Below, one piece after another: positions 42,815-52,241 of a DNA stretch of 64,000 bases. The notes under the pieces are model-generated. The model saw only the letters and a program-made list of their open reading frames with translations. It made no database searches and had not been told where the DNA came from. Within the stretch, counting starts at the first letter, position 1; every line of letters begins with the position of its first letter. The stretch is taken from positions 608,001 through 672,000 of the forward strand of contig OZ219926.1 in assembly GCA_964291405.2 (NCBI GenBank). Direction: 5' to 3'. Made by a program: the position numbers and the translations under genes. The DNA is from Thermodesulfobacteriota bacterium (GTDB lineage Bacteria > Desulfobacterota > Binatia > Bin18).

Positions 42815-43141
42815 TTAGGGTGTCCCCTCGGGGTTGTTGTGGCTGTGCGGATTGTCTTGGCTCTCGCCTAAACTCCGCAGGTAGGCGAAGGTGTAAATGC
42901 CCGTTTCGTGGCCATCGCCCCAGGTCGGATTCACGGCATAGTTGCCGACCATATCGATACTCACGAGTTGGGGATTTTCCACCTCAATAAAGTGGCGTTC
43001 GCCACCATGACCCTGGCAGACCGCGCACGGACACCAGCCCCGCAGATAGGCGAAGGGATAGTCGTTCAGGGTATCGTCATCCCACAGCACCCGCAGGAGC
43101 CGATCTTCCGGGATGGGCGTTAGGAGCAGGGGAGTCGGCAT
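42815..43141 (-). CDS. DUF971 (GBBH-like N-terminal) protein
   Basis: LRGWCPCAVC, VGNYA...W.DGH.TGIY motifs. Confidence 0.88.
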   Translation of the reverse strand: MPTPLLLTPIPEDRLLRVLWDDDTLNDYPFAYLRGWCPCAVCQGHGGERHFIEVENPQLVSIDMVGNYAVNPTWGDGHETGIYTFAYLRSLGESQDNPHSHNNPEGTP

Positions 43142-43160
43142 AGCGTTACATCCTCGTTAT

Positions 43161-44249
43161 TTAGTGGATCAACTGGGGCAGTTGCATTTCCTCTGCCGCG
43201 ACGACCTGTCGTGCAATCCCAAAAAACTCCTGGGCAACCGGATGATCGGGAGCCGAGACAACCACCGGCTTGCCGGCGTCGGCACCAGCGCGGACTTCTT
43301 CAACCAGGGGAACCTCGCCCAGAACCTTCAGACCCGTTTTCCGTGCGCCGCCATGGCCGAAGATTTCTTCTTTTTCGTGGCAGACAGGACACTCGTAAAA
43401 ACTCATGTTCTCGATAACCCCGAGAAGCGGCACGTTGACCTGTTTGAACATGCTGATCCCACGCTGGACATCAAGCAGGGCGACATCTTGCGGCGTCGTC
43501 ACGACAACACCCCCATGCAGGGGCACTTCCTGAGCCAAGGTGAGGGCGATATCCCCCGTGCCAGGCGGTAGGTCCACAACTAAGTAGTCCAATTCACTCC
43601 AGATAACGTCCCGCAGAAACTGGCGGATAATGCTCATCACAATGGGTCCACGCCAGATCACCGGAGATTGGTCATCCAGAAAAAAGCCCATTGAGATGAG
43701 GCTGACCCCATACTTTTCAACCGGGTAGATCTTTTTGTCCTGCCCGGCCCGTGGCGTGGCCTCGGTCCCCATCATCAGCGGCACACTAGGCCCATAAATA
43801 TCGGCATCAAGCAGCCCAACTCTATGTCCTAACGACGCCAGTGCCAGGGTGAGGTTGACCGCAACCGTAGATTTCCCGACCCCACCTTTGCCGCTGGCCA
43901 CGGCCAGAATACGCCGCACACCAGGAATATCCGCTCGCTCTCGCACGGCTTGATTGCCCGCTTTGCCGCCCTGGTCTGGTTGCCCGGTTTGAGCGGGGAA
44001 TGCATGGATATGGACGTGCACGATCTCGGGTAAGGTCGTCAATTCTTGCGTTATGCGCCCACGCAGGTGCCGAAGCACATCTTCTTTGATACTGCTTGCC
44101 CGAATATGCACCACCGCACTGTCTGCCTGAACTTGGACCTTGCCAACGAGTCCTAACGTCACAATATCCCGCTGCGAGCCTGGATATTGAATCTGACTGA
44201 GACGCTCAGTGATACGAGTGTGGATGTCAGGGGTGTTGTGTTCGTCCAC
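43161..44249 (-). CDS. Mrp/ApbC/NBP35 Fe-S carrier ATPase (paralog 1)
   Basis: SGKGGVGKS, DADIYGPS, WRGP, DLPPGTGD, ENMS..CPVC. Confidence 0.94.
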   Translation of the reverse strand: MDEHNTPDIHTRITERLSQIQYPGSQRDIVTLGLVGKVQVQADSAVVHIRASSIKEDVLRHLRGRITQELTTLPEIVHVHIHAFPAQTGQPDQGGKAGNQAVRERADIPGVRRILAVASGKGGVGKSTVAVNLTLALASLGHRVGLLDADIYGPSVPLMMGTEATPRAGQDKKIYPVEKYGVSLISMGFFLDDQSPVIWRGPIVMSIIRQFLRDVIWSELDYLVVDLPPGTGDIALTLAQEVPLHGGVVVTTPQDVALLDVQRGISMFKQVNVPLLGVIENMSFYECPVCHEKEEIFGHGGARKTGLKVLGEVPLVEEVRAGADAGKPVVVSAPDHPVAQEFFGIARQVVAAEEMQLPQLIH

Positions 44250-44321
44250 TCGGTCCTCTCTTTAGCATCAAATCTGCTATCGATTTCTTCTTAATACATT
44301 GGCGACGGCAAAATACGTGCA

Positions 44322-44351
44322 AATGTAGACTTGTAAAGTCTACATTATCAA
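44322..44351 (-). promoter_or_regulatory. Perfect 11-3-11 palindrome (putative Rrf2 operator) overlapping a putative promoter
   Basis: AATGTAGACTT-GTA-AAGTCTACATT at 44322-44346; on - strand TTGATA-N18-TACATT. Confidence 0.75.
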
Positions 44352-44388
44352 GCCCAGGTGATCCATTCAAGAATGGTCGTGTTGCGCT

Positions 44389-44712
44389 TTAGAAAGGCCA
44401 CGCATACGGAATGCAAATCATTGACACAAGGAACAGCAGGACCTTGAGGGGAATAACGATCTTCACAAAATCCAGGAAACGATATCCACCCGCTCCATAG
44501 ACCATAAGGTTGGTTTGGTGCCCAAGTGGAGATGCAAAGCTCGACGACGCGGCGACAGTCACAGCAATCGCAAAGGGTCTGGCATCAACCCGAGACCGGA
44601 GTGCAGCTTCGCAGGCAGTGGGAAAGACGAGTGCGACATTCGACATATCACCCGCCCTGACGGTCGAACGAGCCGGCGATGAAGACGGCTCCGCTGAAGA
44701 GGTCAACGCCAA
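44389..44712 (-). pseudogene. C-terminal fragment of an SLC13/DASS-family permease
   Basis: AASSSFASPLGHQTNLMVYGAGGYRFLDFVK...WPF matches the family C-terminus; only about 85 aa present and no room for the rest. Confidence 0.75.
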
Positions 44713-44733
44713 TAGCAGACGCGCCGAGCCTTT

Positions 44734-45267
44734 TCAGTTGGCGTCTTCTTTTTCTTCTTTCCTTTGGGGTGGCAGAGTGGGCGTCTCCGGGGGGGTGGCT
44801 GAAACGCTCCTGAGTAAAATATACGGATCGCCACCAATACCCATTCCCCGCGTAATACCCATCGTCCCGTACTGATAGCCGATCAACGTCCCGGTAAACC
44901 AGTACGACTCGCCCTTGAGAGGGATATCTTTCACAAGAGCCCGGTCCGCATAAAACAGGAGTATCCGGTCCATGATACTCGCCTTCATGGAAACGACACC
45001 ATTACCGACAACCAAGGTCGGAAGCATCGTCATCCCATAGTATTCCACGTACTCAACCTCACCCGTCTGCCTATCTCGGATAAAATAGCGTCGTTTGTCT
45101 CGATCAGGGAAACGTCGGAAGCCACCTGTCACCGTGATCTCTTGCCCGACTTTTTGGTTTGCGAAAAAGCGTACAAATGCATCCGCCCACACCTCCGCAC
45201 TGGGGTAGAAGAACACCATTCCAAGGAAGAGAGGGAGCCAAAGCGTCGCCGTGCGACATCCCCTCAT
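44734..45267 (-). CDS. Hypothetical exported protein
   Basis: ATG 45267 behind GAGGAG; signal-peptide-like N-terminus ending AEVWA; beta-rich body. Confidence 0.65.
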   Translation of the reverse strand: MRGCRTATLWLPLFLGMVFFYPSAEVWADAFVRFFANQKVGQEITVTGGFRRFPDRDKRRYFIRDRQTGEVEYVEYYGMTMLPTLVVGNGVVSMKASIMDRILLFYADRALVKDIPLKGESYWFTGTLIGYQYGTMGITRGMGIGGDPYILLRSVSATPPETPTLPPQRKEEKEDAN

Positions 45268-45407
45268 CGTCTTCTCCTCTTGCCAGAAGCTTACCGCCCG
45301 CAGTCTATGTAATTTCCAGACAAAAGAAAAGGATTGCTGCCCTTGCCGCTCTCTTGCCGTCCCGCTCCTTTCAGGCCACAATAAGTGAGGATGTGCAGGA
45401 GGGTGTA

Positions 45408-46004
45408 ATGCGGCGAAACTGGCGTGCAAAACTGACTCCTTTTCAGCAGCGAATCTTTGATCGGAGCACTGCGGTCACAACGATTGAATTTGATCCGACC
45501 TCACAACTTCGAGCAGCGATCAAAGCCCTGCCCGCCGCGCTTGAGGCAGAAGAGCAAGCCCGTGTCGCAGCGCTCTCCCAAACCATTGTCAATCACATCT
45601 GCCGGCAGCTCAGGGTCCGCACGGTCCAGGTCCGCGTACACGGCACCCGTCCTTCAAACCAACAGGGGGAACTCCACGGGCTCTATACGCAATACAGCGG
45701 AGGCAGTAAAAATGATTCGATCCAAGTCTGGATGCGAACGGCAAAACGAAAACAAACCGTTGCGTTCCGAACCTTTCTTAGAACCCTGTTACATGAGGTC
45801 TGCCATCATTTAGACTATACCTACTTCCACTTCCGAGAATCCTATCATACTGAGGGGTTCTTTCAGCGCGAATCCAGCCTCTTTCACCGCTTAATGTCTC
45901 CAACGACACAACCGTCGCAGGCGGCTCAGAAGCCGTCCCAGTCCTTATCCTCTCTGGCACAGGAATTCCTCCCAAGTCAGAGGCAGACTCAGCCGGAACG
46001 CTAG
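45408..46004 (+). CDS. Hypothetical zincin-like metalloprotein (HExxH)
   Basis: ATG 45408 behind AGGAGG; TLLHEVCHH...YHTEGF. Confidence 0.7.
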   Translation: MRRNWRAKLTPFQQRIFDRSTAVTTIEFDPTSQLRAAIKALPAALEAEEQARVAALSQTIVNHICRQLRVRTVQVRVHGTRPSNQQGELHGLYTQYSGGSKNDSIQVWMRTAKRKQTVAFRTFLRTLLHEVCHHLDYTYFHFRESYHTEGFFQRESSLFHRLMSPTTQPSQAAQKPSQSLSSLAQEFLPSQRQTQPER

Positions 46005-46063
46005 CGACCACTAACCAGAACTCTTGGACATCCGACTCGGCCTCATGTCTTCCTCTTCCTTTG

Positions 46064-46072
46064 TGCTATAGT
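46064..46072 (+). promoter_or_regulatory. Possible extended -10 promoter of asnS
   Basis: TGCTATAGT about 40 nt upstream of the start. Confidence 0.4.
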
Positions 46073-46114
46073 GCTCTTCTAAAAAACGTTCGGCAATCCA
46101 GGAAGGAAATGCCT

Positions 46115-47410
46115 ATGCCTGAGTGGGTTTATGTCAAGGATATTGCCCAATACGAAGGGCAAGAAGTCGAGCTCCGCGGCTGGTTGTACAACAAGCGCTC
46201 CAGCGGAAAGCTGCACTTTCTTCAAGTGCGCGACGGCACCGGCACGATCCAGTGTGTGGTATTCAAGGGTGACGTCTCAGCCGAGGCCTTTGCCTTAGGA
46301 CAGGATCTCACCCAGGAGTCGTCCGTTATTGTCCGGGGCACAGTCCGGGCTGATAGGCGCTCGTCGATTGGCTTCGAACTCGGCGTGAGCGGCGTACACC
46401 TCACCCAGCAGGCCCACGCCTACCCGATTACCCCCAAAGAGCATGGGGTTGCCTTTCTGCTCGACCACCGCCACCTGTGGCTTCGCTCCTCACGCCAGCA
46501 GGCGCTCTTGCGTATTCGCAGTGAAGTCATAAAAGCGTGTCGAGACTACTTCGATACGCATGGTTTTACCCTGCTCGATGCCCCGATCTTCACCCCGGCC
46601 GCCTGTGAAGGAACAACCACCCTTTTCCCGGTCGACTATTTCGATGACACCGTCTATCTCACCCAGAGCGGTCAGCTCTATATGGAAGCCGGCGCCATGG
46701 CGTTCGGCAAAGTCTACTGCTGCGGCCCGACCTTTCGTGCTGAGAAATCCAAAACGCGACGCCATCTGACTGAATTTTGGATGATTGAGCCCGAAGTGGC
46801 CTACTGCGACCTATATGGTGACATGGACTTGGCTGAAGATTTTCTGGAGGCTGTTGTCCAGCGCGTCCTGACCAACCGACAAGCGGAACTCCAGACGCTT
46901 GAGCGTGATATCGCAAAACTCACTCAGGTAAGAAAGCCGTTTCCGCGTATCAGCTACAGCGAGGCTATAGAACGCCTGCAAGCTAAGGGCGTTGATATTC
47001 AATGGGGAGACGACTTTGGCGGGGATGACGAAACCGTTTTATCCGAACAATTCGACCGTCCGGTTATCGTCCATCGCTATCCGATAAACAACAAAGCCTT
47101 CTATATGAAGACCGACCCGCAGGACGCCACCGTTGCCCTCTGCATGGACGTCTTAGCGCCAGAAGGCTATGGCGAGATCATCGGGGGCGGGCAGCGAGAA
47201 GACGACCTCGCCGTCTTACGAGGGAAGCTGGAGGCGCATGACCTGTCTGAAGAAGCCTTCTCTTGGTATCTTGACCTGAGACGCTACGGCTCCGTTCCCC
47301 ATGCAGGTTTTGGCATGGGCATTGAGCGCATGGTCACTTGGTTGTGCGGTCTGCACCACGTCCGAGAATCAATTCCATTTCCCAGAATGTTAGAACGGGT
47401 AACACCCTAA
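46115..47410 (+). CDS. asnS: Asparagine--tRNA ligase
   Basis: OB-fold N-terminus, [41 protein letters not shown]. Confidence 0.96.
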   Translation: MPEWVYVKDIAQYEGQEVELRGWLYNKRSSGKLHFLQVRDGTGTIQCVVFKGDVSAEAFALGQDLTQESSVIVRGTVRADRRSSIGFELGVSGVHLTQQAHAYPITPKEHGVAFLLDHRHLWLRSSRQQALLRIRSEVIKACRDYFDTHGFTLLDAPIFTPAACEGTTTLFPVDYFDDTVYLTQSGQLYMEAGAMAFGKVYCCGPTFRAEKSKTRRHLTEFWMIEPEVAYCDLYGDMDLAEDFLEAVVQRVLTNRQAELQTLERDIAKLTQVRKPFPRISYSEAIERLQAKGVDIQWGDDFGGDDETVLSEQFDRPVIVHRYPINNKAFYMKTDPQDATVALCMDVLAPEGYGEIIGGGQREDDLAVLRGKLEAHDLSEEAFSWYLDLRRYGSVPHAGFGMGIERMVTWLCGLHHVRESIPFPRMLERVTP

Positions 47411-47414
47411 CAGA

Positions 47415-48725
47415 TCACTGGAGAGCAGAGGCGGTCTTTGGCGCGGTCTCCGGCACGCGCGGAGCTTGCTCTTCTCGGATTGCTCGCAGCAAGGCAACAT
47501 TGTCCCCATGTCCCGTCCGGTAGGCAGTCACTTTGCCGCGGATAGGTTGGCCTAAGAGGTAGAGGTCGCCAAGCAGGTCAAGAATCTTGTGGCGGACAAG
47601 TTCATCCTCAAAGCGGAGTGGCGGATTGATAATCCCTTGCTCGCCAATTACGAGGCAGTTATTCAGCCGGCCGCCATTGGCAAGACCCATCTCTTCAAGT
47701 GCTTCAATCTCCTTGAGAAAGCCGAAGGTCCGTGCCGGCGCGATCGTCCCACGATAGCTGTCCGCATCACGCTGGACGTAGTGAAACTCCTGTCTGCCAA
47801 CTGGCTCTGGATACTCTAGACAATAGTCGATCTCAAGCTGCTCCGAGGGCTCAATGCGGAGGAACTTACCCGCACTATGGTCACCGACCTGATAGGTCCG
47901 GTCTACGCTCAACGCCTCTATCTCTTCGTCTTGTTCAACGATTCCAGCACTGTCGAGCAACTGACAAAATTCCAGCGCCGATCCATCGAGAATAGGAACC
48001 TCCCCCTGCATTTTAATGAGCAGATTGGTGATGTTATAGCCGTGCAGCGCCGAGAGCAGATGTTCAACCGTTTTCACTCCCGTCCCCTCCCGATACAAGC
48101 TGGTTGCGTAGCCGGTCGATTGAACATACTCGACCGTAGCTGGAATCAGGACGTCTGAGGACAAGGGACCGAAAACAATGCCGCTGCCCGGCGGTAAAGG
48201 GTGTAAAATAATCCCCGTGCGCACCCCCGAGTGAAGCCCCCGACCATGCACGACCACACTCTGGCGAATGGTCCGGGCCGGGATTTTCTGCGTCATGTGT
48301 GCGGCGGGAAAGTCCGTATCAGCCGTAGCGGCGGCTATTTGGGCAGTGGTGGGGTGACTCGGCTCTGTTCCCAGGGCACGGTGGACCGAACGGAGTAAGG
48401 TATCCAGCGAGAAGGGCTTTTCAAGGAAATCGGCGGCTCCGAGTTTTGTGGCGCGGACGGCTGTTTCGATCGTTCCGTGACCGGAAATCACAATAATCGG
48501 CAGTTCAGGCTCCCGAGACTGGAGTTGTTCGAGCAGAGTGATCCCATCGACGTGCGGCATCCAGATGTCGAGGAGAACCAGACACGGTTGCCACGTAGCG
48601 ACCAAGTCAAGAACGTTTTCACCCGAGTCCGCCTCAAACGTACGGAACCCTTCATCTTGCAAAACGCCCCGTAACATCGTCCGGATTTTTTCTTCGTCAT
48701 CCACAATTAAGATCGGCGCTTCCAT
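47415..48725 (-). CDS. lpxC: Fusion: NtrX-type receiver domain + UDP-3-O-acyl-GlcNAc deacetylase LpxC
   Basis: REC: VDDE, LLDIWMP, ISGHG, FLEKP; LpxC: RT.....G.GLHSG, TVEHLLSAL, PILDGSA, APARTFGF, RHKILDLLGDL, GH; one uninterrupted ORF. Confidence 0.93.
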   Translation of the reverse strand: MEAPILIVDDEEKIRTMLRGVLQDEGFRTFEADSGENVLDLVATWQPCLVLLDIWMPHVDGITLLEQLQSREPELPIIVISGHGTIETAVRATKLGAADFLEKPFSLDTLLRSVHRALGTEPSHPTTAQIAAATADTDFPAAHMTQKIPARTIRQSVVVHGRGLHSGVRTGIILHPLPPGSGIVFGPLSSDVLIPATVEYVQSTGYATSLYREGTGVKTVEHLLSALHGYNITNLLIKMQGEVPILDGSALEFCQLLDSAGIVEQDEEIEALSVDRTYQVGDHSAGKFLRIEPSEQLEIDYCLEYPEPVGRQEFHYVQRDADSYRGTIAPARTFGFLKEIEALEEMGLANGGRLNNCLVIGEQGIINPPLRFEDELVRHKILDLLGDLYLLGQPIRGKVTAYRTGHGDNVALLRAIREEQAPRVPETAPKTASALQ

Positions 48726-48742
48726 AGACGTCCCCCCCTGCC

Positions 48743-51022
48743 TCACGCTGCGTCTTCAATGGACGGCGACGAAGGCTTCTCACGCAGCATCTCTGTCTGA
48801 CGAGTACTGCTGCGCACAGGCATCTCAATAATGAACCGGCTGCCTCGTGGCGTATTGTCTCGTACACGGATAAAGGCCTGATGGTCCGCCACCACGGTGG
48901 CAACAATGGCCAGCCCGAGCCCGGTCCCGTCCTTTTTGGTTGAAAAATACGGCTCAAACAACCGCTCCTTTATGTCTGGCGGGATCCCACAGCCATTATC
49001 AGCGACTTCGATACGCGCAATGCCAAGCGAGCGCATATATCGAGTCGTGACTTCGATACGGCCCGGAGGTTCCTCCGGCCCTTCTCGGCAGGCGACAACA
49101 GCATTGTCTAGCAGATTACGCAGGACGCGGCGCATCCCCTCGCGGTCAAGCTCGAACAACGGTAGGGAGTGGTCCGGCATAAAGACAATGTCCAGGTCGC
49201 GGTAGGCTTCGGCGATCAGAACAATTGTCTCCTGCGCCAACGCGTTCAGGTCATGTAGACTATGCTTTCCAGCCGACAGACGGGCAAACGTGGAGAATTC
49301 GTTGACAAGTTTTTTAATCGCGTCGACTTCATGCGCAATGCTCTGCACACACTCGTCAAACACTTCGTTCCCGTCCGTAATCTGGGGACCAAACCGGCGC
49401 TGGAGGCGCTGCGCCGCAAGCTGAATCGGGGTCAGCGGATTTTTTATTTCATGCGCAATCCGACGGGCAACCTCGCGCCAGGCTTCCATACGTTCGACCT
49501 GGACGATCTGCGTTACATCCTCAAAAAAGCATAACACCCCGAGCGCATGACCACGGTCGTCAGGCAGAGAGGTGCCCGTTATTAAGAGGGAGTGGATGTG
49601 TCCATCGCGATCCAGACGGAGCTGTCCTTTCTGTTCTTGACCGGCATCGTTCCCGTTGCCGTTTTGCCCAAGAAGGAGTTCCTGAACGATGCGCTGCACT
49701 TCCTGGAACTCATTTGCGGAGAATATATCCCGATAGTCCTGTCCAATAACGCTATCGGCGTGTAAATCCAGCAATTGCTCCACCGCCCGGTTCAGGGTGG
49801 AGAGCCGGCCATCCCGATCAAACGAGACGACGCCAGCATTGATATTCCCGAGTAAGATCTCCATATAGCGACGCCGGGCCTCCAGTTCCTGGTGACTCTG
49901 CTGGAGGTCGACGGTCATCCGATTGAAGGCGGAAACGAGCGTTCCGATCTCATCCTCACCCTCTCCCTCAATCCGGTGCGCCCAGTGACCCTGAGCGACC
50001 TCCCGGGTGGCGGCCGATAATTGTTGGAGGGGAACGGTAATTTTTTTCGCCAGATAGACACCCACCCAGATCGCCGAGAAGATGACGACCAGGGTGACCA
50101 GGACCATCGTAATCACATAATTGTTTTTGATTGGCTGCTTCAATATCCTGAGCTGGCGATACTCACCCAACGCCTCAACCACCTGCAACCCTTGTCTGAC
50201 GACGTTCACGGGAACCTGGGTGCCGGCTACAACAACACCGGTCAGGTGTTCTCCAACGATGACGGGAACACCTCCGTACACCAACTCGACCTGCTCCAGC
50301 GTCACGATTTGCTGGACCTCTTCGGTTGCAGACCGGACTCGTTCCAAGAGAGTCTCGCTGAGTTGGGGAGCCGCCAGCGCTCCGCTCGTCTCCGGCGCAT
50401 TGGCCACAAGGGTGAGCGCCGCGGAGTACACGACGAGTTGGGTCAGGCCACGTTCGTGCTGCTCGCTGTTCATGCGGGATTGCAACCGCTCGTAGTGCGT
50501 CGGCTCAAGGAGTTCTTGGGCGATAATCGTCTGAGCGATTGCCCGCGCGTGCGCCAGAGTCTCATCAGCAAGACGGGCATAGACACCGTCAACGACCTCA
50601 AGCGAGCTGCTTAACGAGCGCTCAACACGCAGGGCAAACCAATTCTCGATCGATTTCGTCAGAAAACCGACCCCGATAAAGAACAAGAGTACTGCCGGGA
50701 AAAGAGAAATACCTAAAAAAGCGAGGACGAGTCGAGAGCGGAGGTGTGCACCGGGCAGCTTCCGACGGCGCTCGTAAAACAGCTTCAGCAGGTTCCGACC
50801 AACCAGGAAGACCAGCAAAACAAGCAGGATGATATTGAGATTGATCAACAGAATGAAGATAATGTTGCTGATCAGACTTTCGCCGTCGCTGAGTTGTGGC
50901 GAGCGGCTCTGAAGAAAGGCAAACAAAAAGACGCCCAGCGCTGCCGCGATGATGACAACGATCTCCCAGAACTGGCGACGTTTGTGCTCCTCCAAGCGAT
51001 TTTCGTGGACTGGGGCTTCCAT
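48743..51022 (-). CDS. ntrY: NtrY-family membrane sensor histidine kinase (TM-HAMP-PAS-HisKA-HATPase)
   Basis: AWREVARRIAHEIKNPLTPIQL H-box, NLLDNA, DNGCG, FEPYFSTK, GTGLGL; HAMP DEIGTLVSAFNRM. Confidence 0.88.
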   Translation of the reverse strand: MEAPVHENRLEEHKRRQFWEIVVIIAAALGVFLFAFLQSRSPQLSDGESLISNIIFILLINLNIILLVLLVFLVGRNLLKLFYERRRKLPGAHLRSRLVLAFLGISLFPAVLLFFIGVGFLTKSIENWFALRVERSLSSSLEVVDGVYARLADETLAHARAIAQTIIAQELLEPTHYERLQSRMNSEQHERGLTQLVVYSAALTLVANAPETSGALAAPQLSETLLERVRSATEEVQQIVTLEQVELVYGGVPVIVGEHLTGVVVAGTQVPVNVVRQGLQVVEALGEYRQLRILKQPIKNNYVITMVLVTLVVIFSAIWVGVYLAKKITVPLQQLSAATREVAQGHWAHRIEGEGEDEIGTLVSAFNRMTVDLQQSHQELEARRRYMEILLGNINAGVVSFDRDGRLSTLNRAVEQLLDLHADSVIGQDYRDIFSANEFQEVQRIVQELLLGQNGNGNDAGQEQKGQLRLDRDGHIHSLLITGTSLPDDRGHALGVLCFFEDVTQIVQVERMEAWREVARRIAHEIKNPLTPIQLAAQRLQRRFGPQITDGNEVFDECVQSIAHEVDAIKKLVNEFSTFARLSAGKHSLHDLNALAQETIVLIAEAYRDLDIVFMPDHSLPLFELDREGMRRVLRNLLDNAVVACREGPEEPPGRIEVTTRYMRSLGIARIEVADNGCGIPPDIKERLFEPYFSTKKDGTGLGLAIVATVVADHQAFIRVRDNTPRGSRFIIEMPVRSSTRQTEMLREKPSSPSIEDAA

Positions 51023-51113
51023 ACTCCCTCGCCCTGCTCATATCAGCAGCAAAGACAGTGAAGATATACCATCATAATCAGAGTTCCACCATTATCCATT
51101 TGGATCGCTTTCG

Positions 51114-52241
51114 CTAGAACAAATCGCCCTGCTCTTTTTTACCAGGGTGGTCGATATGCAAATGCTGGTAGGCCTTGAGGGTGGCCAACCGCCCCCGTGG
51201 TGTGCGCTGCAAAAACCCCTCCTGCAAGAGATAGGGCTCGTATACGTCTTCGATGGTGCTCTTCTCTTCGCCAATGGCCGCGGCTATGGTCTCGACACCG
51301 ACTGGTCCACCGTTAAACTTCTCGATAATCGTTCGCAGAATCGCCAGGTCCATTTTGTCGAATCCGGCCTCATCTACTTCAACCAGCGTTAGGGCGGCAT
51401 GGGCCACTGCTTGCGTCACAACCGGCTCTTTCTTCACTTGGACATAGTCGCGTACCCGTCGGAGTAAGCGATTGGCAATCCGAGGGGTTCCCCGTGAGCG
51501 ACGCGCGATTTCTGCGGTTCCGCCCGTATCAGTCTCAATCTCAAGAATTGAAGCCGACCGACGAATGATCTGTTCCAACTCGGACACCTGGTAAAAATCC
51601 AGGCGAAAGGTTGACCCAAAACGGTCTCGGAGCGGTGAGGTCAACAGTCCAGCACGGGTGGTGGCACCAACTAGGGTGAAGTGCTTCAGGGGCAGCTTGA
51701 CCGTTCGTGCCGACGGTCCTTGGCCGACAACGAGGTCCAGTTCAAAGTCCTCCATTGCCGGATACAAAAACTCCTCAACCACGTGATTGAGTCGATGGAT
51801 CTCGTCAATGAAGAGCACGTCGCCTTCTTCCAGGTTGGTCAGAATAGCGGCCAAGTCGCCGGGCCGCTCAATTACCGGGCCGGTAGTGGCCCGAATCGTG
51901 ACATCCATTTCACGTGCGATAATATGCGCCAGGGACGTTTTTCCTAATCCGGGTGGACCACAGAAGAGCAGGTGGTCAAGAACGTCAGCCCGTTGCTTGG
52001 CCGCCTCAATGGCGATCGCAAGATTCTGCTTCGTGCCTTCCTGTCCGATATACTCTTCAAGACTGCGCGGGCGGAGCGACCCCCCGAAACGTGGCTCGTC
52101 AGGCCAGTCAGCCCCACCGTCCGACGGAGCGTCCAGCGTCGACAGATGGGGATTCAGCACGTCGCGCCCTAGACTATCCGAATTTTCGTATATTTCTTTT
52201 GGCATGTCTTTCGCGGCACGGCTCATGTACTGAGCCTCCAT
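51114..52241 (-). CDS. ruvB: Holliday junction branch migration ATPase RuvB
   Basis: [35 protein letters not shown]; exact start uncertain. Confidence 0.97.
   Translation of the reverse strand: MEAQYMSRAAKDMPKEIYENSDSLGRDVLNPHLSTLDAPSDGGADWPDEPRFGGSLRPRSLEEYIGQEGTKQNLAIAIEAAKQRADVLDHLLFCGPPGLGKTSLAHIIAREMDVTIRATTGPVIERPGDLAAILTNLEEGDVLFIDEIHRLNHVVEEFLYPAMEDFELDLVVGQGPSARTVKLPLKHFTLVGATTRAGLLTSPLRDRFGSTFRLDFYQVSELEQIIRRSASILEIETDTGGTAEIARRSRGTPRIANRLLRRVRDYVQVKKEPVVTQAVAHAALTLVEVDEAGFDKMDLAILRTIIEKFNGGPVGVETIAAAIGEEKSTIEDVYEPYLLQEGFLQRTPRGRLATLKAYQHLHIDHPGKKEQGDLF

Noticed and set aside
44322-44346. Palindrome as an intrinsic terminator of the permease fragment
   Set aside because: AT-rich stem, short U-run, IscR-like GACT-N5-AGTC core and a matching second site favour an operator; not fully excluded
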